Assembly (NCBI RefSeq): GCF_036321535.1
Contig: NC_087447.1
Span: 51,400,001-51,464,000, forward strand
DNA from: Camelus dromedarius
Taxonomy: Eukaryota
Direction of reading: 5' to 3'
DNA: 64,000 nucleotides
Positions 40,501-49,125 of the stretch are shown here, in pieces. A model generated the notes under the pieces. The model was not told the origin of the DNA. It did not search any database and was given only the letters and a program-made list of their open reading frames with translations. The first letter of the stretch is position 1; each line of letters opens with the position of its first letter. The position numbers and the translations under genes were made by a program.

Positions 40501-42981
40501 TGCTTATAAAACAATCTTCCATGAGCTCATTCAATGTTTATTCTTAGGGAATGAAAGTTGAGCTTCCTTGACCCAAACAAGATATTCTAAATTCCTACAG
40601 ATTATCTCTTCAAAACATTAATAAATGACCACTAAAAAAAATCTAAAATTCAAAATGAGCAAAAACAAAGATGAATTAAAGTAAAGAGTTTTTCTTAAGC
40701 CAGTGGTTATATATCCATTCGTTCTCCCTACTCTAGTTATAGATCCCATTATTTTCAAAATTAATATAAATTGCAGGAATTAAGGAAATAAATCTAAATA
40801 ATTAATTTGCAAAAATAGAAAACTAAGACACAAATAATCTGAATAACAGTTCCAGAGTCACTTATCAATTAAAAAAAGTTTTATTTCAACGTTTTACATT
40901 AAATATTTCTGTTCAAATACATTTATCAATACAAATATAAGAAAACAAGATTTTCCAAAAAAGACTAGGGGAAAAAAGCACAATGTTCCTCAGATTTCTT
41001 CAGAACCTCAGTGAAGAAATGTATTCATAGGAAAAATCTGAAATATATTGAACTATCAGATGAATCAGCCAGATTAATTAGGAATAAACAGATAGTGTCT
41101 AATAGAAAACTATAGTTAAATAAAAATTAAATAATGCTTTTCTTATATCTCTTTCTAATGATGAGTTTCTCTGTGTGTATCACTCATGCATTATTATTTT
41201 TCAGATCCAGCTTTCCAAAGTACAAGGTATATGTTCTGATATGGATAATATTGCTAAATATATTTATCTGACAAATAATTGGGTGCCTACTATGGGTATT
41301 GTGCTGGGTATCAGCGTAGGTCCTATAAATTCCCCAACCCCACAAAAATAAAAGGATCACCAAGCCTCAGAGATTGTATTTAGTAGAGAAGTGATCAAAG
41401 TAAGAAACATGCAAATAAACATTAAAAATTCCAATAAAAGATACCTGACAATGCATTTCCATGAAGAGCCATCTTGATCATCTTGTTCTTCTATGTACAT
41501 TCTGACATTGTGATCTTGATCCAACTGGTACCAGTACATGAGGCCGTCTTTGTCTCGGCCAATAGGCTGGAGACGCATGGTATCAGCATCCTCCTCATTG
41601 ATAATATTCTTGAATTTGAGATTGTCATCAAACTGACATTCGCAGAGGTACTGTAAAATAATAAAAACATAGCTTAAAACACGCCCTGAATGTTTCTCCA
41701 TCACAATGAATGTGACATGTTCAACCATGTAACTGATTCAGGGACAGAAGGAGAAAGAACACATGTGGTTTAACCATCTATCCATCTTTTACTTTCCTCC
41801 CCACCTTTTATGCAACTTATTTACAATAACCAATTTTAAAAGATAAACTTTGAAGTTAACATTTAATTTTACGATTACATAAATTTACAGGTTTAACATA
41901 ACCAATGATACAAAAATAAATTTATATTTCAAAAGCACTGAGTCTATTTGTATTAAAGTCTCCCAAATTGCCTCATTGTACAAAATTTTCAATGATCTTT
42001 TTCTCTTAAAGCTTTTAGATGAAATTTATTCTTCAAATGGCTATCTGTTTTTGAAATCTTGAGACAAAAGCAGTTTTTAAGGAAGGCAGTCTCACTGATA
42101 ACTGCTTCTGGAAAATTCTCTTAAAAAAGATACTCACATGACTAAGTTGGAAGAACTGAGTAACATTTTGTTAATCATTTTTGTATCTGACTAGGGTATA
42201 AAGTCAGATTTCTTCCCTGAACCTCTCTACCCAGTAGATAATACATGAAGTTTCAACCATAGCCTCTTCACCTTTGCCTGTTGTTTCTAGCCTGGTAGAT
42301 TCTTTTCTATATAAAGGTATTTTTCCCTTCATTATGCTGACTCTCTTGCTAATAATTAGGGTCAACACCCTGAAGTGGGCAGGGAGAGACAGGGAAACTC
42401 AGAACTTGAAAATAAATTAAGTCTACTTTGAGATGACCTAAATATTTTAATTAAGCAGGTCAGGTTATGTGAGACTTTGATTAAAAACATAATGGCATGT
42501 CTCTAGTTATCTGGAAAACTAATGATCAAATTACTAATTTAGTAAATCAGTAAAAGATTAACCACAGTTTACAGTATTTGTTAGAAATGATTGTGAAGGC
42601 TGCAAGCAATGAATAAAATTAATTTGGTGTAATTGTTTCCCATTCTACTATTGTCCCTACAAGCAAGTTCAATAACCTAGATACACTTATGTATTGAAAA
42701 ACAACCCAAAACAGTAATTTAAAGAACAGTTTTGCCATCAAAACAGAAAAACAAAACAAAAAAGACAAAGAAAATCTATTGTTCTTTTCTACTAACAATA
42801 AAAATTTCTACTTTCCAATTCCCAACCAGAAGGAATCAAAAGTGAAATTTTTAATTAAAACAGCTGTAAAAATAATAAATTTTTTTACCTTTAAGAGTGC
42901 TAGCTTGCATTCAACACTCATTTCAAGATAGCCTTTCTTCTCCATCTCCCATGCCCAGGTGCTATTAAACTCTTGACATAT
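1331..42981 (-). CDS. RSF1: RSF1 (remodeling and spacing factor 1), partial multi-exon gene: 13 coding exons, probably exons 3-15; both gene ends lie outside the window
   Basis: The spliced translation [21 protein letters not shown]...[12 protein letters not shown]...PHD finger (CKKC..CDSC..H..C..WFCPPC)...[10 protein letters not shown] is recognisable as RSF1. All junctions are GT-AG with compatible phases and there is no internal stop over 3463 nt. Confidence 0.97.
2200..2990 (+). mobile_element. Old L1 (L1MC/ME-type) 3' UTR fragment
   Basis: Motifs ggggttcccactggccaaat, ccagattaaaggagactaaagagacatg and gaaaatgtccttgttcttaggaaata. Confidence 0.65.
3510..3730 (-). CDS. RSF1: RSF1 coding exon (probably exon 14), 221 nt, [11 protein letters not shown]...EENSRDS
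   Basis: Lies inside ORF 3448..3738. Acceptor gacag|ATCT, donor CTG|gtaaaa, phase 2/1. Confidence 0.95.
5342..5549 (-). CDS. RSF1: RSF1 coding exon (probably exon 13), 208 nt, [11 protein letters not shown]...RRKKRRR...FKISDG
   Basis: Lies inside ORF 5323..5610. Acceptor ctcag|GTGTT, donor TGG|gtatgt, phase 1/2. Contains a basic NLS-like stretch. Confidence 0.95.
5790..5960 (-). mobile_element. L1 (L1MB-type) 3' end fragment
   Basis: tacaattcacataccat...tatagtcacaaagttgtgcaacc...cctattagcagtcactc. Confidence 0.7.
6439..6560 (-). mobile_element. tRNA-derived SINE (camelid Vic-1-like)
   Basis: The reverse complement reads gggagggtacagctcagtcgtagagtgcatgcttagcatgc...cctgggttcattcccc, with A and B boxes. 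TSD cagaagta(a/c)attt at 6426-6438 and 6561-6573. Confidence 0.85.
6823..6890 (-). CDS. RSF1: RSF1 coding exon (probably exon 12), 68 nt, [22 protein letters not shown]
   Basis: Acceptor ttttag|ATTT, donor GAG|gtatgt, phase 2/1. Confidence 0.94.
7116..7428 (+). mobile_element. MER58B-like hAT-Charlie non-autonomous DNA transposon
   Basis: gtaaagggccagacagtaaat at the start and ggccatagtttgccaacccctg at the terminus. Confidence 0.8.
7725..7915. mobile_element. MER33/MER3-like hAT DNA transposon fragment
   Basis: actagctacatgtgg...cactagccatatttcaggtgctcaa...gaacattttcat...ttctattgga. Confidence 0.7.
8447..8750 (+). mobile_element. L1 ORF2 C-terminal fragment
   Basis: The peptide [28 protein letters not shown]...KCWQGCGE is typical of the L1 ORF2 cysteine-rich end. 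Confidence 0.9.
8818..9420. mobile_element. Tigger-type (Tigger13-like) DNA transposon remnant
   Basis: Starts cagttctataat...aatttgttccaacatgactgatat and ends gcaatttttaggaatacat...gtgttagagtagaatt. Recognised from memory. Confidence 0.55.
10569..10678 (-). CDS. RSF1: RSF1 coding exon (probably exon 11), 110 nt, [37 protein letters not shown]
   Basis: Acceptor accag|GAG, donor TAG|gtatgg, phase 0/2. Confidence 0.93.
11585..11639 (-). CDS. RSF1: RSF1 coding exon (probably exon 10), 55 nt, [18 protein letters not shown]
   Basis: Acceptor cttaaag|GAAA, donor CAA|gtaagt, phase 2/0. Confidence 0.93.
13040..13410 (+). mobile_element. LINE-2 ORF2 internal fragment
   Basis: The peptide [22 protein letters not shown] resembles the end of the L2 endonuclease domain, followed by a pyrimidine-rich L2-like tract. 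Confidence 0.6.
14011..14119 (-). mobile_element. Very short 5'-truncated L1 3' end with TSD
   Basis: ctgaagtcagctacagtgtgccaatttctggtgtaca is an antisense L1 terminus. Flanking direct repeat attacagatgtc at 13995 and 14120. Confidence 0.7.
14386..14703 (+). mobile_element. Young 5'-truncated L1 3' UTR with a 16-bp TSD and an extra 3' tail
   Basis: G-rich start, ctgtatagcacagggaaatatatacaag, AATAAA at ~14621. Perfect TSD aaagaacaaacagata at 14370-14385 and 14704-14719. Confidence 0.88.
16385..16709 (+). mobile_element. Full-length MER58B-like hAT-Charlie element
   Basis: TIRs caggggttggcaaac / gtttgccaatccctg. Degenerate 8-bp TSD ttttagat / ctttagac. Confidence 0.88.
16795..16874 (-). CDS. 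RSF1: RSF1 coding exon (probably exon 9), 80 nt, [27 protein letters not shown]
   Basis: Acceptor tttcag|AAA, donor CAG|gtattg, phase 0/2. Confidence 0.94.
17969..18073 (-). CDS. RSF1: RSF1 coding exon (probably exon 8), 105 nt, PHD finger core [35 protein letters not shown]
   Basis: Completes the C4HC3 PHD motif. Acceptor ttcag|ATT, donor CAT|gtacga, phase 0/0. Confidence 0.97.
18690..19350 (-). mobile_element. Old L1 (L1MC-type) fragment
   Basis: gttcaaattgttctagcc, gcacttcctactttctggca and ctggttcctttattggaga..gtatttagaaacc. Confidence 0.65.
20010..20605 (+). mobile_element. L1 3' end (ORF2 tail plus 3' UTR), artiodactyl type
   Basis: aagatacatgcatcccagtgttcacagc...gacctagagattatcatactaagtgaag...aatcaactatacttcaat. 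Homologous to 60770-61370. Confidence 0.9.
21898..22104 (-). CDS. RSF1: RSF1 coding exon (probably exon 7), 207 nt, [20 protein letters not shown]...[14 protein letters not shown] (start of the PHD finger)
   Basis: Acceptor tacaag|GTAAAA, donor CTA|gtatgt, phase 0/0, 69 open codons. Confidence 0.94.
23070..23530 (+). mobile_element. Old L1 (L1ME-type) fragment
   Basis: ctttgacccagcaattccaattctagga, ttggaaataacctaaatgtc and ggtacatccata. Confidence 0.75.
23862..25627 (-). CDS. RSF1: RSF1 large coding exon (probably exon 6), 1766 nt, charged low-complexity region
   Basis: Corresponds to the 596-aa ORF 23814..25604. Acceptor ttttag|AAGAAC, donor AAG|gtaaaa, phase 1/0. Confidence 0.96.
27200..27380 (+). 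mobile_element. MER58A-like fragment nested in an L2 remnant
   Basis: tctgtaaagggtcagatagtaaatattttaggttttgcagcc. Flanks at ~27000-27780 are L2-like. Confidence 0.65.
28085..28273. mobile_element. MER2-like TcMar-Tigger fragment, followed by MER5A-like (~28310-28435) and MIR (~28450-28610) remnants
   Basis: aggatgtctgcataggttatatgcaaatacta...ccaatcccccagagataccaaaggatgactgta; tgctcaaagtg..cagcagcatcagcatc; ctcatctgtaaaattggaataata. Confidence 0.75.
28620..29215 (+). mobile_element. L1 (L1MB-type) 3' fragment
   Basis: aacagaactaccatctgatccag...gatgaatggataaa...gtacacttaaaaatggttaaa..accacaataa. Confidence 0.85.
29488..29642 (-). CDS. RSF1: RSF1 coding exon (probably exon 5), 155 nt, [18 protein letters not shown]...EEETTKQ
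   Basis: Lies inside ORF 29372..29650. Acceptor tttag|AAAT, donor AAG|gttttt, phase 2/1. Confidence 0.94.
30417..30560 (+). mobile_element. tRNA-derived SINE (camelid Vic-1-like)
   Basis: ggagggtatagcccaagtggtagagtgcatgcttagcatgcacgaggtcctgggttcaatt with an A/(GAAA)n tail. TSD ending aaaccctg on both sides. Confidence 0.9.
31975..32335 (+). mobile_element. L1 (L1MB/ME-type) 3' UTR fragment
   Basis: gataaatgtggtatatc...gatgaaccttgaaaacat...gaatatactaaaaaaccattgaact. Confidence 0.8.
33560..34270 (-). mobile_element. Old L1 3' fragment in the RSF1 sense orientation
   Basis: tttattgaagtataacttacatac...ttttcattttagtcattct..gtatctcattatggttt. Confidence 0.75.
34640..34790. mobile_element. Possible mariner-derived (MARNA/MADE2-like) remnant
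   Basis: The terminus ggtaatttcatatggttcaa resembles the MADE2/MARNA TIR. Recognised from memory only. Confidence 0.4.
34867..34934. repeat. Tandem duplication, 34 bp x2
   Basis: acatcattcaactacttcctatctat(c/t)tatctca occurs twice, 33/34 identical. Confidence 0.95.
35035..38180 (-). mobile_element. ~3.1-kb L1 (L1MC-type) 3' UTR plus ORF2 remnant in the RSF1 sense orientation
   Basis: Continuous antisense ORF2 phrases (gcactcccaccagcaatg, ttgttcctgatc, tttggtagaatt, gctataaatttccct), ending in an L1MC-like 3' terminus near 35035. Confidence 0.88.
41445..41650 (-). CDS. RSF1: RSF1 coding exon (probably exon 4), 206 nt, [10 protein letters not shown]...GSSWKCIVR, containing the WHIM2-like motif [12 protein letters not shown]
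   Basis: Lies inside ORF 41357..41728. Acceptor ttacag|TAC, donor CAG|gtatct, phase 0/2. Confidence 0.96.
42889..42981 (-). CDS. RSF1: RSF1 coding exon (probably exon 3), 93 nt, [31 protein letters not shown]
   Basis: Acceptor cag|ATATGT, donor AAG|gtaaaa, phase 0/0. Translated by hand because it is absent from the ORF track. Confidence 0.95.
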
Positions 42982-43164
42982 CTGTCAGAGAAAGTTAAAG
43001 TCTTAATATTTACCAGCATATTTTTAATCAAGTAACTCTCCAACTCAATATCCTCCTAATTAGGGGTAAAGGTTCCACGGCTTAGCATTTGAGACCTTTT
43101 ATAATATGGCATTAACTTAAATTTCTATGCTTCTCTCCCTAAAAACATTTCAGGCAAACTAGAG

Positions 43165-43643
43165 ATACTTTAGCAGGCTGAGGAAAAAAGATCTGGGTAA
43201 CCACTCTACTCAATAATGAAGGTCAAAAAGAGGGTGGTGGCCCAATTCCTGGGAATCCCCACCTGCTCCCCAAAGTAGGTAGAATAATCCTCCCACTTGC
43301 TGGCATATAAAAAAATTAACAACTCCATACCTTGAAGTTGCTCTCTCTTTTGCCTTCTCAGAGGGCCTATACTCTGTCTGGAGTGTGCATCTACTTTTAC
43401 TTTAACCACTCCCCTTCCCCCATGCCTCGTGGCTTCTCTGGCCTTCTGAGATGGCCTACCCACTGTCTATGGAGTGTGCATCTCTCTGAATAAATCTGCT
43501 TTTACTCAACTATGGCTCACTCTTGAATTCTTTCCTGTGTGAAGCCAAGGACCTTCACTTGGCAGGGTTGCCTCCCAGGGACTCAACAGAGACCTGGGAC
43601 ACGGCCCTCCTCATGCCCCACGTTCATTTTTTTTCCTGTATTA
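43165..43643 (+). mobile_element. ERV1 solo LTR, MER41-like (5' end unclear)
   Basis: aattcctgggaatcccc..aataatcctcccact..gcatataa, AATAAA, and U5 actatggctcactcttgaattctttcctg..agccaaggacc. Homologous to 44107-44711. Confidence 0.75.
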
Positions 43644-44106
43644 TAAGGATCCACACTTTGGTGGGCTTCCCAATTTAGGGCTCCCTCCATTCACTAACAG
43701 AAGCTGGCTAGACTTGGCCCATGGGCCATAATTTGCCTAGAGGACCAGAAACTGGTTGTGTTTATCAGAGACTTTCTATGATAGTTATTCTTGGGCCCTT
43801 AAAGCAAGGAGATCCTTAGAAGATTGGTAATTCATTGATTCTAACCAAGCAGCCTTATATAATTATAATTTAGTTTTGCATGCAATTCCTCTTTAGAGAA
43901 TGTCCCAATAACCAAAACATTCATATTTATCACCATAAATTATAATCCCATAATACTGGTTTTATGTTTGATTCTCTTTAAATCTGATTAATGACAGGCT
44001 ATGTCTTTTTGCGTCCCCCTGCATGGTTCCTAAGGTCAGCCTTTCTGATATATACACAAAATTAATGTTCTGTGCCTGCAAGGCTGAATGTCATTTAGGT
44101 TGGGAG

Positions 44107-44711
44107 TGAGACAGGATGGAAGAGGGCAGGGCAGAGCCATTCAAGGAATGACAGCAGTTAACACCAAAATGGTGGAAGATTCAACTCCCAGCTGGCTAGT
44201 AGACCCTGAGCTTCAGTATATGTTCATTGTAACATTAGCATGATAAGTAACATGCCTGCAGGTGCCATGACAGTCCCAAGCTAACCACAAAAGAGGAGGC
44301 TGTAGCCCTATTCCTGGGAATCCCAACCCTTCCCCAGGGTAGCTGGAATGGTCTCACCTGTAGGCCTGTGAAGCTACTGAGCCCATAAAAACTGGCAACA
44401 AGGCGTCTCTCACTCTCTCCTCTTTGGAGACGGCCTGCACTCCTGCACTCTGTCTAAGAAGTGTGTATCTACTTTAATCTGAGCACCAAATCCCCACACC
44501 TTGTGGCCTTTCTCTTGTCTTCTGAAACAGCCTACACTCTATGCAGAATGTATCTTTCTAAACAAATCTGCCTTTACTCAACTGTGGCTCGCTCTTGGAT
44601 TCTTTCCTGTGCAAAGCCAAGGACCCACACTTCGCAGGGCATGTCCCAGGGGCTCAACTGAGGTGTGGGACATGGCCCTCCTCATGCCCTACACCAGATT
44701 TTCCTGCATCA
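44107..44711 (+). mobile_element. ERV1 solo LTR, MER41-like, complete
   Basis: TGAGACAGG...CCTGCATCA termini with 4-bp TSD ggag (44103-44106 and 44712-44715). Confidence 0.85.
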
Positions 44712-45016
44712 GGAGGACTCTTGGCTACCTGCCTGCTGCCATTTCAATAATCCCTGTCTCTTCTTCCTAACTTCTACACACAGGAAAACAAGGTTGAATG
44801 TGGAAAATGTTGGGGGAGTGCATTTAAAAGTTTAAATCAACTCAATATTTATAAGAAAGGTGGTTTCACATGCCTAAACAGCAAATACATGGAATTTACC
44901 TCAGTGAGATCATTAACCTATTAATCTTAGACTCACAGACAATGAAAGTAGCAATAATCCTCTTTTCGGCAAGTCAGAATATGAGATATTAAAAAGGAAG
45001 GAGGGTGGAGAAGAAC

Positions 45017-45681
45017 TGTGAAAACTTACCATGAACATCCAAATGCCTGCACTAAAAGACTAGAACAAACTCTAGCATGGCTTTTGTCAGTCTAAGGGCA
45101 TGTCCCTGGGACAAGCCTACTCCCCTACCACCTGCCCCCTTGCTGTCTAGAAAACTCAAGTTTGCCAAAAGACTTTGTTCCAGCCAATACCTAATCTACA
45201 TCCCTGACCTCCCATTCCCATTTATTTTTAAAACAAACAAACAAAAAACCCCTTACAATTGTAAATCTTTTTTCTGTCCCTTTGAGATGTATATGTACCT
45301 CCTGCAAAACAGGAGTGTCCTTCTCAAGGACCTGAAAGCCATCTCTTTTACATGTAATCATCACGCCTCCCAGATTGTGGGAGGATAGAAGTCTAATAAC
45401 TTCCATAGTTAGCAGGCACAGAAGGCCTAATCAAGTTGACTATGACCAACTCTCATACCTGCTTTTTGTAATGTTTCATTTCCCTAACACTGCTCAATCC
45501 CCATCCCCCCCCAATACTCTCCCCCAACTCCTCCATTGTCCCTTTAAAACATCAGTCACCTCTGGGCAAATTAAAATGGAGCTCAAGCTCCATCGACTAC
45601 CACAGCAGTTACTAAATAAAATCTGTCTTTAACTTTAAAATCTGTGCTTCAACTACCATCTGGCTTTGTCTGTCTTTGATG
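45017..45681 (+). mobile_element. ERV1-like solo LTR (family uncertain)
   Basis: ccctttgagatgtatatg, tttaaaa TATA-like motif, AATAAA at ~45617 and U5-like end gtctttgatg. Start boundary is approximate. Confidence 0.6.
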
Positions 45682-45759
45682 GGGGAGTCCCTGAATATCA
45701 CTTAGATGGAAATCTTTACTCTAAAACAGAGAAATGTGAATTTTTAAAAAATTCATTTA

Positions 45760-46660
45760 TCCAGTGACTCTACAGATTCATTTATGCAGGGATTCCACAG
45801 TACCTGTTCTATGGCAGGAACTAGTCAAGGAGCTGGAATACCATGAAGAAAGCAAATGACCTACCATCATGGAGCTTATAGTCTAGGAGGTAGTCAAACA
45901 GGTAAAAATAAGAAAATCAAGTGAAGACAAAGGCTCTGTTGAAAATAAAACAGCACTGTGATAGAGAAAAGTTTGAGTGCTACTCTGGATTGGGTGCTCA
46001 GGAGAAGCTTCATTAAAAGGTTGACATTTGACATAAAGTTGAGACATAACTGATAAAACAGAAATCAGCCACAAGAAGACGTGCAGTAGGAATGTTCCAG
46101 GCAGAAAAACAAGCCAGCACAAAGGCCTTACGATGCGGCATATTATAAAAACAGAAAACAGATCAGTGTAAATAAAGTAGGATAAGGGAGAAAGTAGCAG
46201 AAGATGAAGAGGTAATAACCAACGGCCAAATTATGTAGGCCAGAGTAAGAAATTAAGATTTAATTTCAAATATGATGGGAGGATTTTAAATGGCGGAATA
46301 ACTAGATCTGATTTACATTTCAAAGATGGTTGCCGTGTGGAAAATAAATTGCAGAGAGGAAAGAATGGAAACTAAGAAATCAAATTTATGGCAAGAGATG
46401 ATGATGACATGCAGGGACTATGGTGGTAGTAGTGGGAACAAAAATAAATAGCTGTATTTTGGAGGTAGAATCAAGACTTTTGAAAGAACAGATGTGAAAG
46501 GAAGAAAAAAGGTGGAAAGAAAGACTAAAGGTGACATCTAAGTTCCTTGGTTTGAACAAATCGAAGGAGAAAAGTTCTTCCAATGGAAGTATAAAGGAAT
46601 ACTCGAGATAAGGAAGATCTGTTTTGTACCTAATGAGTTTGAGGTATGTATTAGACATCT
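45760..46660 (-). mobile_element. LINE-2 fragment
   Basis: catggagcttatagtctag, gttccaggcagaaaaacaagc and tattttggaggtagaatcaa. Confidence 0.7.
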
Positions 46661-46726
46661 AAGAAATGTCTTGGTCAAAGTTAGTCCCTGAGCTGAATCT
46701 TGAAGCTTTTGAATCCTGATTCAGAG

Positions 46727-47190
46727 TGTGAAGGAAAAGCCGGGCTGGTCCAACAAGATAACTCACAAGTCTAGGAATATGAAGGAGAGGCTGGGCTGGG
46801 CTAACAAGATAACTCACAAATCTAAGTATCGGAATACTGATCTGAGTTCTGCTGGACTAACTCGTAAAACTAAGTTAATTAGTGTTGGTTTGCTGTTCAT
46901 GTTTTTTGCTAGCCAGCTAGACTTTCAAAGAGATATATCTGGCTTTGGAATGTTGGTTTGCTGCCTTCCCGCCTCCACTTTTGTGATAATGATGCTGCTA
47001 AAGCTGTTCCATGCCTATTGGCCGAATACCCCAAGCTTGTACTTTACCCTATAAAACCTCATGCGCATGTCTTGGAGGTGCTCAGAGCTTCGGAGCAGAA
47101 GCCCCTCTGAGCCTGCCGGCGTAATACATCTGAGTACTCCAACCCTCCGAGTGGCGCTTATTTCTTGGTTGGCCTGTCGTTTCCGTAACA
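46727..47190 (+). mobile_element. Young-looking gammaretrovirus-like (ERV1) solo LTR, 464 bp
   Basis: TGTGAAGG...CGTAACA termini, 4-bp TSD agag, 51-bp U3 duplication, TATAAAA at 47050 and many retained CpGs. Confidence 0.88.
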
Positions 47191-47473
47191 AGAGATCATT
47201 CCACTGGATCATATGCAGTCTTAAACTTTTTCAAATCTGAGTCAGGAAGAATTTTGTGGCTGATCTCTGAGAGGTCAAGGGCTATATCTACTCATCTTCG
47301 TATGCCTAGCTTGTGACAAAGTATAAGACACACAGCAGGTACAAAACAAATTATCTGATGAATAAATAAAAGATACAAAAATAGTATTTCTAGCCTAATT
47401 TTAAAAATTATTATTTTAAGTTAACCACCAATAATGTCTGTAGCCAACACAACACATCTTAAAAGAACATTAC

Positions 47474-47640
47474 GGGGGGAGGGCATAATTCAGTCATATA
47501 GTATAGTACATAGCTAGCATGCATGAGGTCCTGGGTTCAAGTCCCAGTACCTCCATTTAAACAAACAAACAAACAAACAAACCTAGTTACCTACCCCAAG
47601 GGAAAAAGTGGTAATAAGATTTTTAAAATAAAGGAAAAAA
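47474..47640 (+). mobile_element. tRNA-derived SINE (camelid Vic-1-like)
   Basis: gggggagggcataattcag...gaggtcctgggttcaagtcccagtacc with (aaac)n. TSD aagaacattac. Confidence 0.88.
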
Positions 47641-49030
47641 GAAGAACATTACAAATTCTTACTAGAATAGTAACAGCTAACATTTATTGCGTATTTACCA
47701 CATGCCAAAGTACTATACTCATCGCTTTAAAACATTAACTCAATTCATTCTGACAAGCCTTAGGTGGGTATGCTATTAACTTCAGGAGGTTAATGTGTTA
47801 GCCAAGAAATGAGAGAAAAAGGAATTAGTACCTCTAGTGATTTATGGTGAAATCAGTATATATTTAAGACACCAACTAAGCTATGGACAAAGGCTACACT
47901 GAGAATTCCAAATTATCTAGCTCCATTATTTACATGCAAATTACACCTTACAAAGTCTCCCAGACCTAATATTTAAATATGTCCAACTGTTTCATATATA
48001 GTATTCTTTCTGAAGGATTAAACCAAACAGTTACGGAGCACATTAAGTACTGGGAAGAAAAGATGAATTAACAGACAGTCTCTGCTCTAACAAGTTCAGA
48101 ATTCAGAGAGACAGTCATGTAAACAATTACAGGGGGGAGAAAGCAGTCATTGAGTCATCTACAAACTGAGTAATTGATATATCTATGAACTACAATGAAA
48201 ATACAGAGGAGAGAAACCCTAATTCAGCCAATGTTGAAGGGAGATCACAGAAGTTATTATTCAAGTTGTGACACTTAGCTAGGACCTAAAGGATAAATGA
48301 GGTTTTACCAGACAAGGAGGTAAATAAAGAGCATTTCAAGAATCAGAACAGAACATGAAAACCAATGGAGATGTGAGTATGATGGTATATTCTGTCAACA
48401 TGAAGGCGAAAAGAGGAGCTCTTTATGCTGAATCCCTAGAGACTGAAATCATGAGTGCAGGGGGTTGGGAGTGGGCAGGCAAGGCTGGGAAAGTAGGCCA
48501 TGGCTTGTAAATATGAGAACTCAACAAGCATTCAAAAGTACTGATTAAAAATAGTTCTGTTGCACTGTGCAAGACAGACAGGAGGATAGATTCTGAGGTC
48601 AAGGAGACCCACTGAAGCCTGTTTTGCAATAATTCAAGGGAAAGGTAATGAAGCTTGAACTAAGCTTGGCAGAAGATACTCAAGAGAGGGCAGATTCCGA
48701 TTGCTCGTGCACATAACTTACAAAAGCAGTAACAAGCTTTATGTTTAATATATGGTTTTACTATTTACAATGGAATTTTCACATATATTATTTCACTTGG
48801 TGTGGATGTTCTCCATCCACCATCCAGTGAAACTAAGGTTTTTGAAAGCATAAACAAAGTCTGACTCATCTTTCTATTTCCTATAGGAAATAACAAGTAC
48901 AGGGCCTTGCTGATAGTGGACACTCAATATTTACTGTATCAATGTTCTTTGGTACAACTACTGAGTTAACTATTATGACAAGCTATCTGGGAACACTGTC
49001 TATAAGAATGCATTAAGAGTTATATAGAAT

Positions 49031-49125
49031 GGTGGGGGAGGATATAGATCAGTAGTAGAATGCATGCTTAGCAAGCACAAGGTCCTAGGTTCAATCCCCA
49101 CTACCTCTGTTAAAAAAATAAAAAT
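49031..49125 (+). mobile_element. tRNA-derived SINE (camelid Vic-1-like), short form
   Basis: gggggaggatatagatcagtagtagaatgcatgcttagcaagcacaaggtcctaggttcaatcccc. TSD core agttatata. Confidence 0.85.

Noticed and set aside
43165..44711. Two related same-orientation LTRs read as the ends of one provirus
   Set aside because: The second LTR has its own TSD on both sides, the copies are clearly diverged, and the ~460-bp spacer shows no PBS, gag/pol or PPT that I could recognise.
46728..47054. 108-aa ORF with an internal repeat (GWxNKITHKS x2)
   Set aside because: It merely translates the 51-bp U3 duplication of the LTR and starts at GTG.
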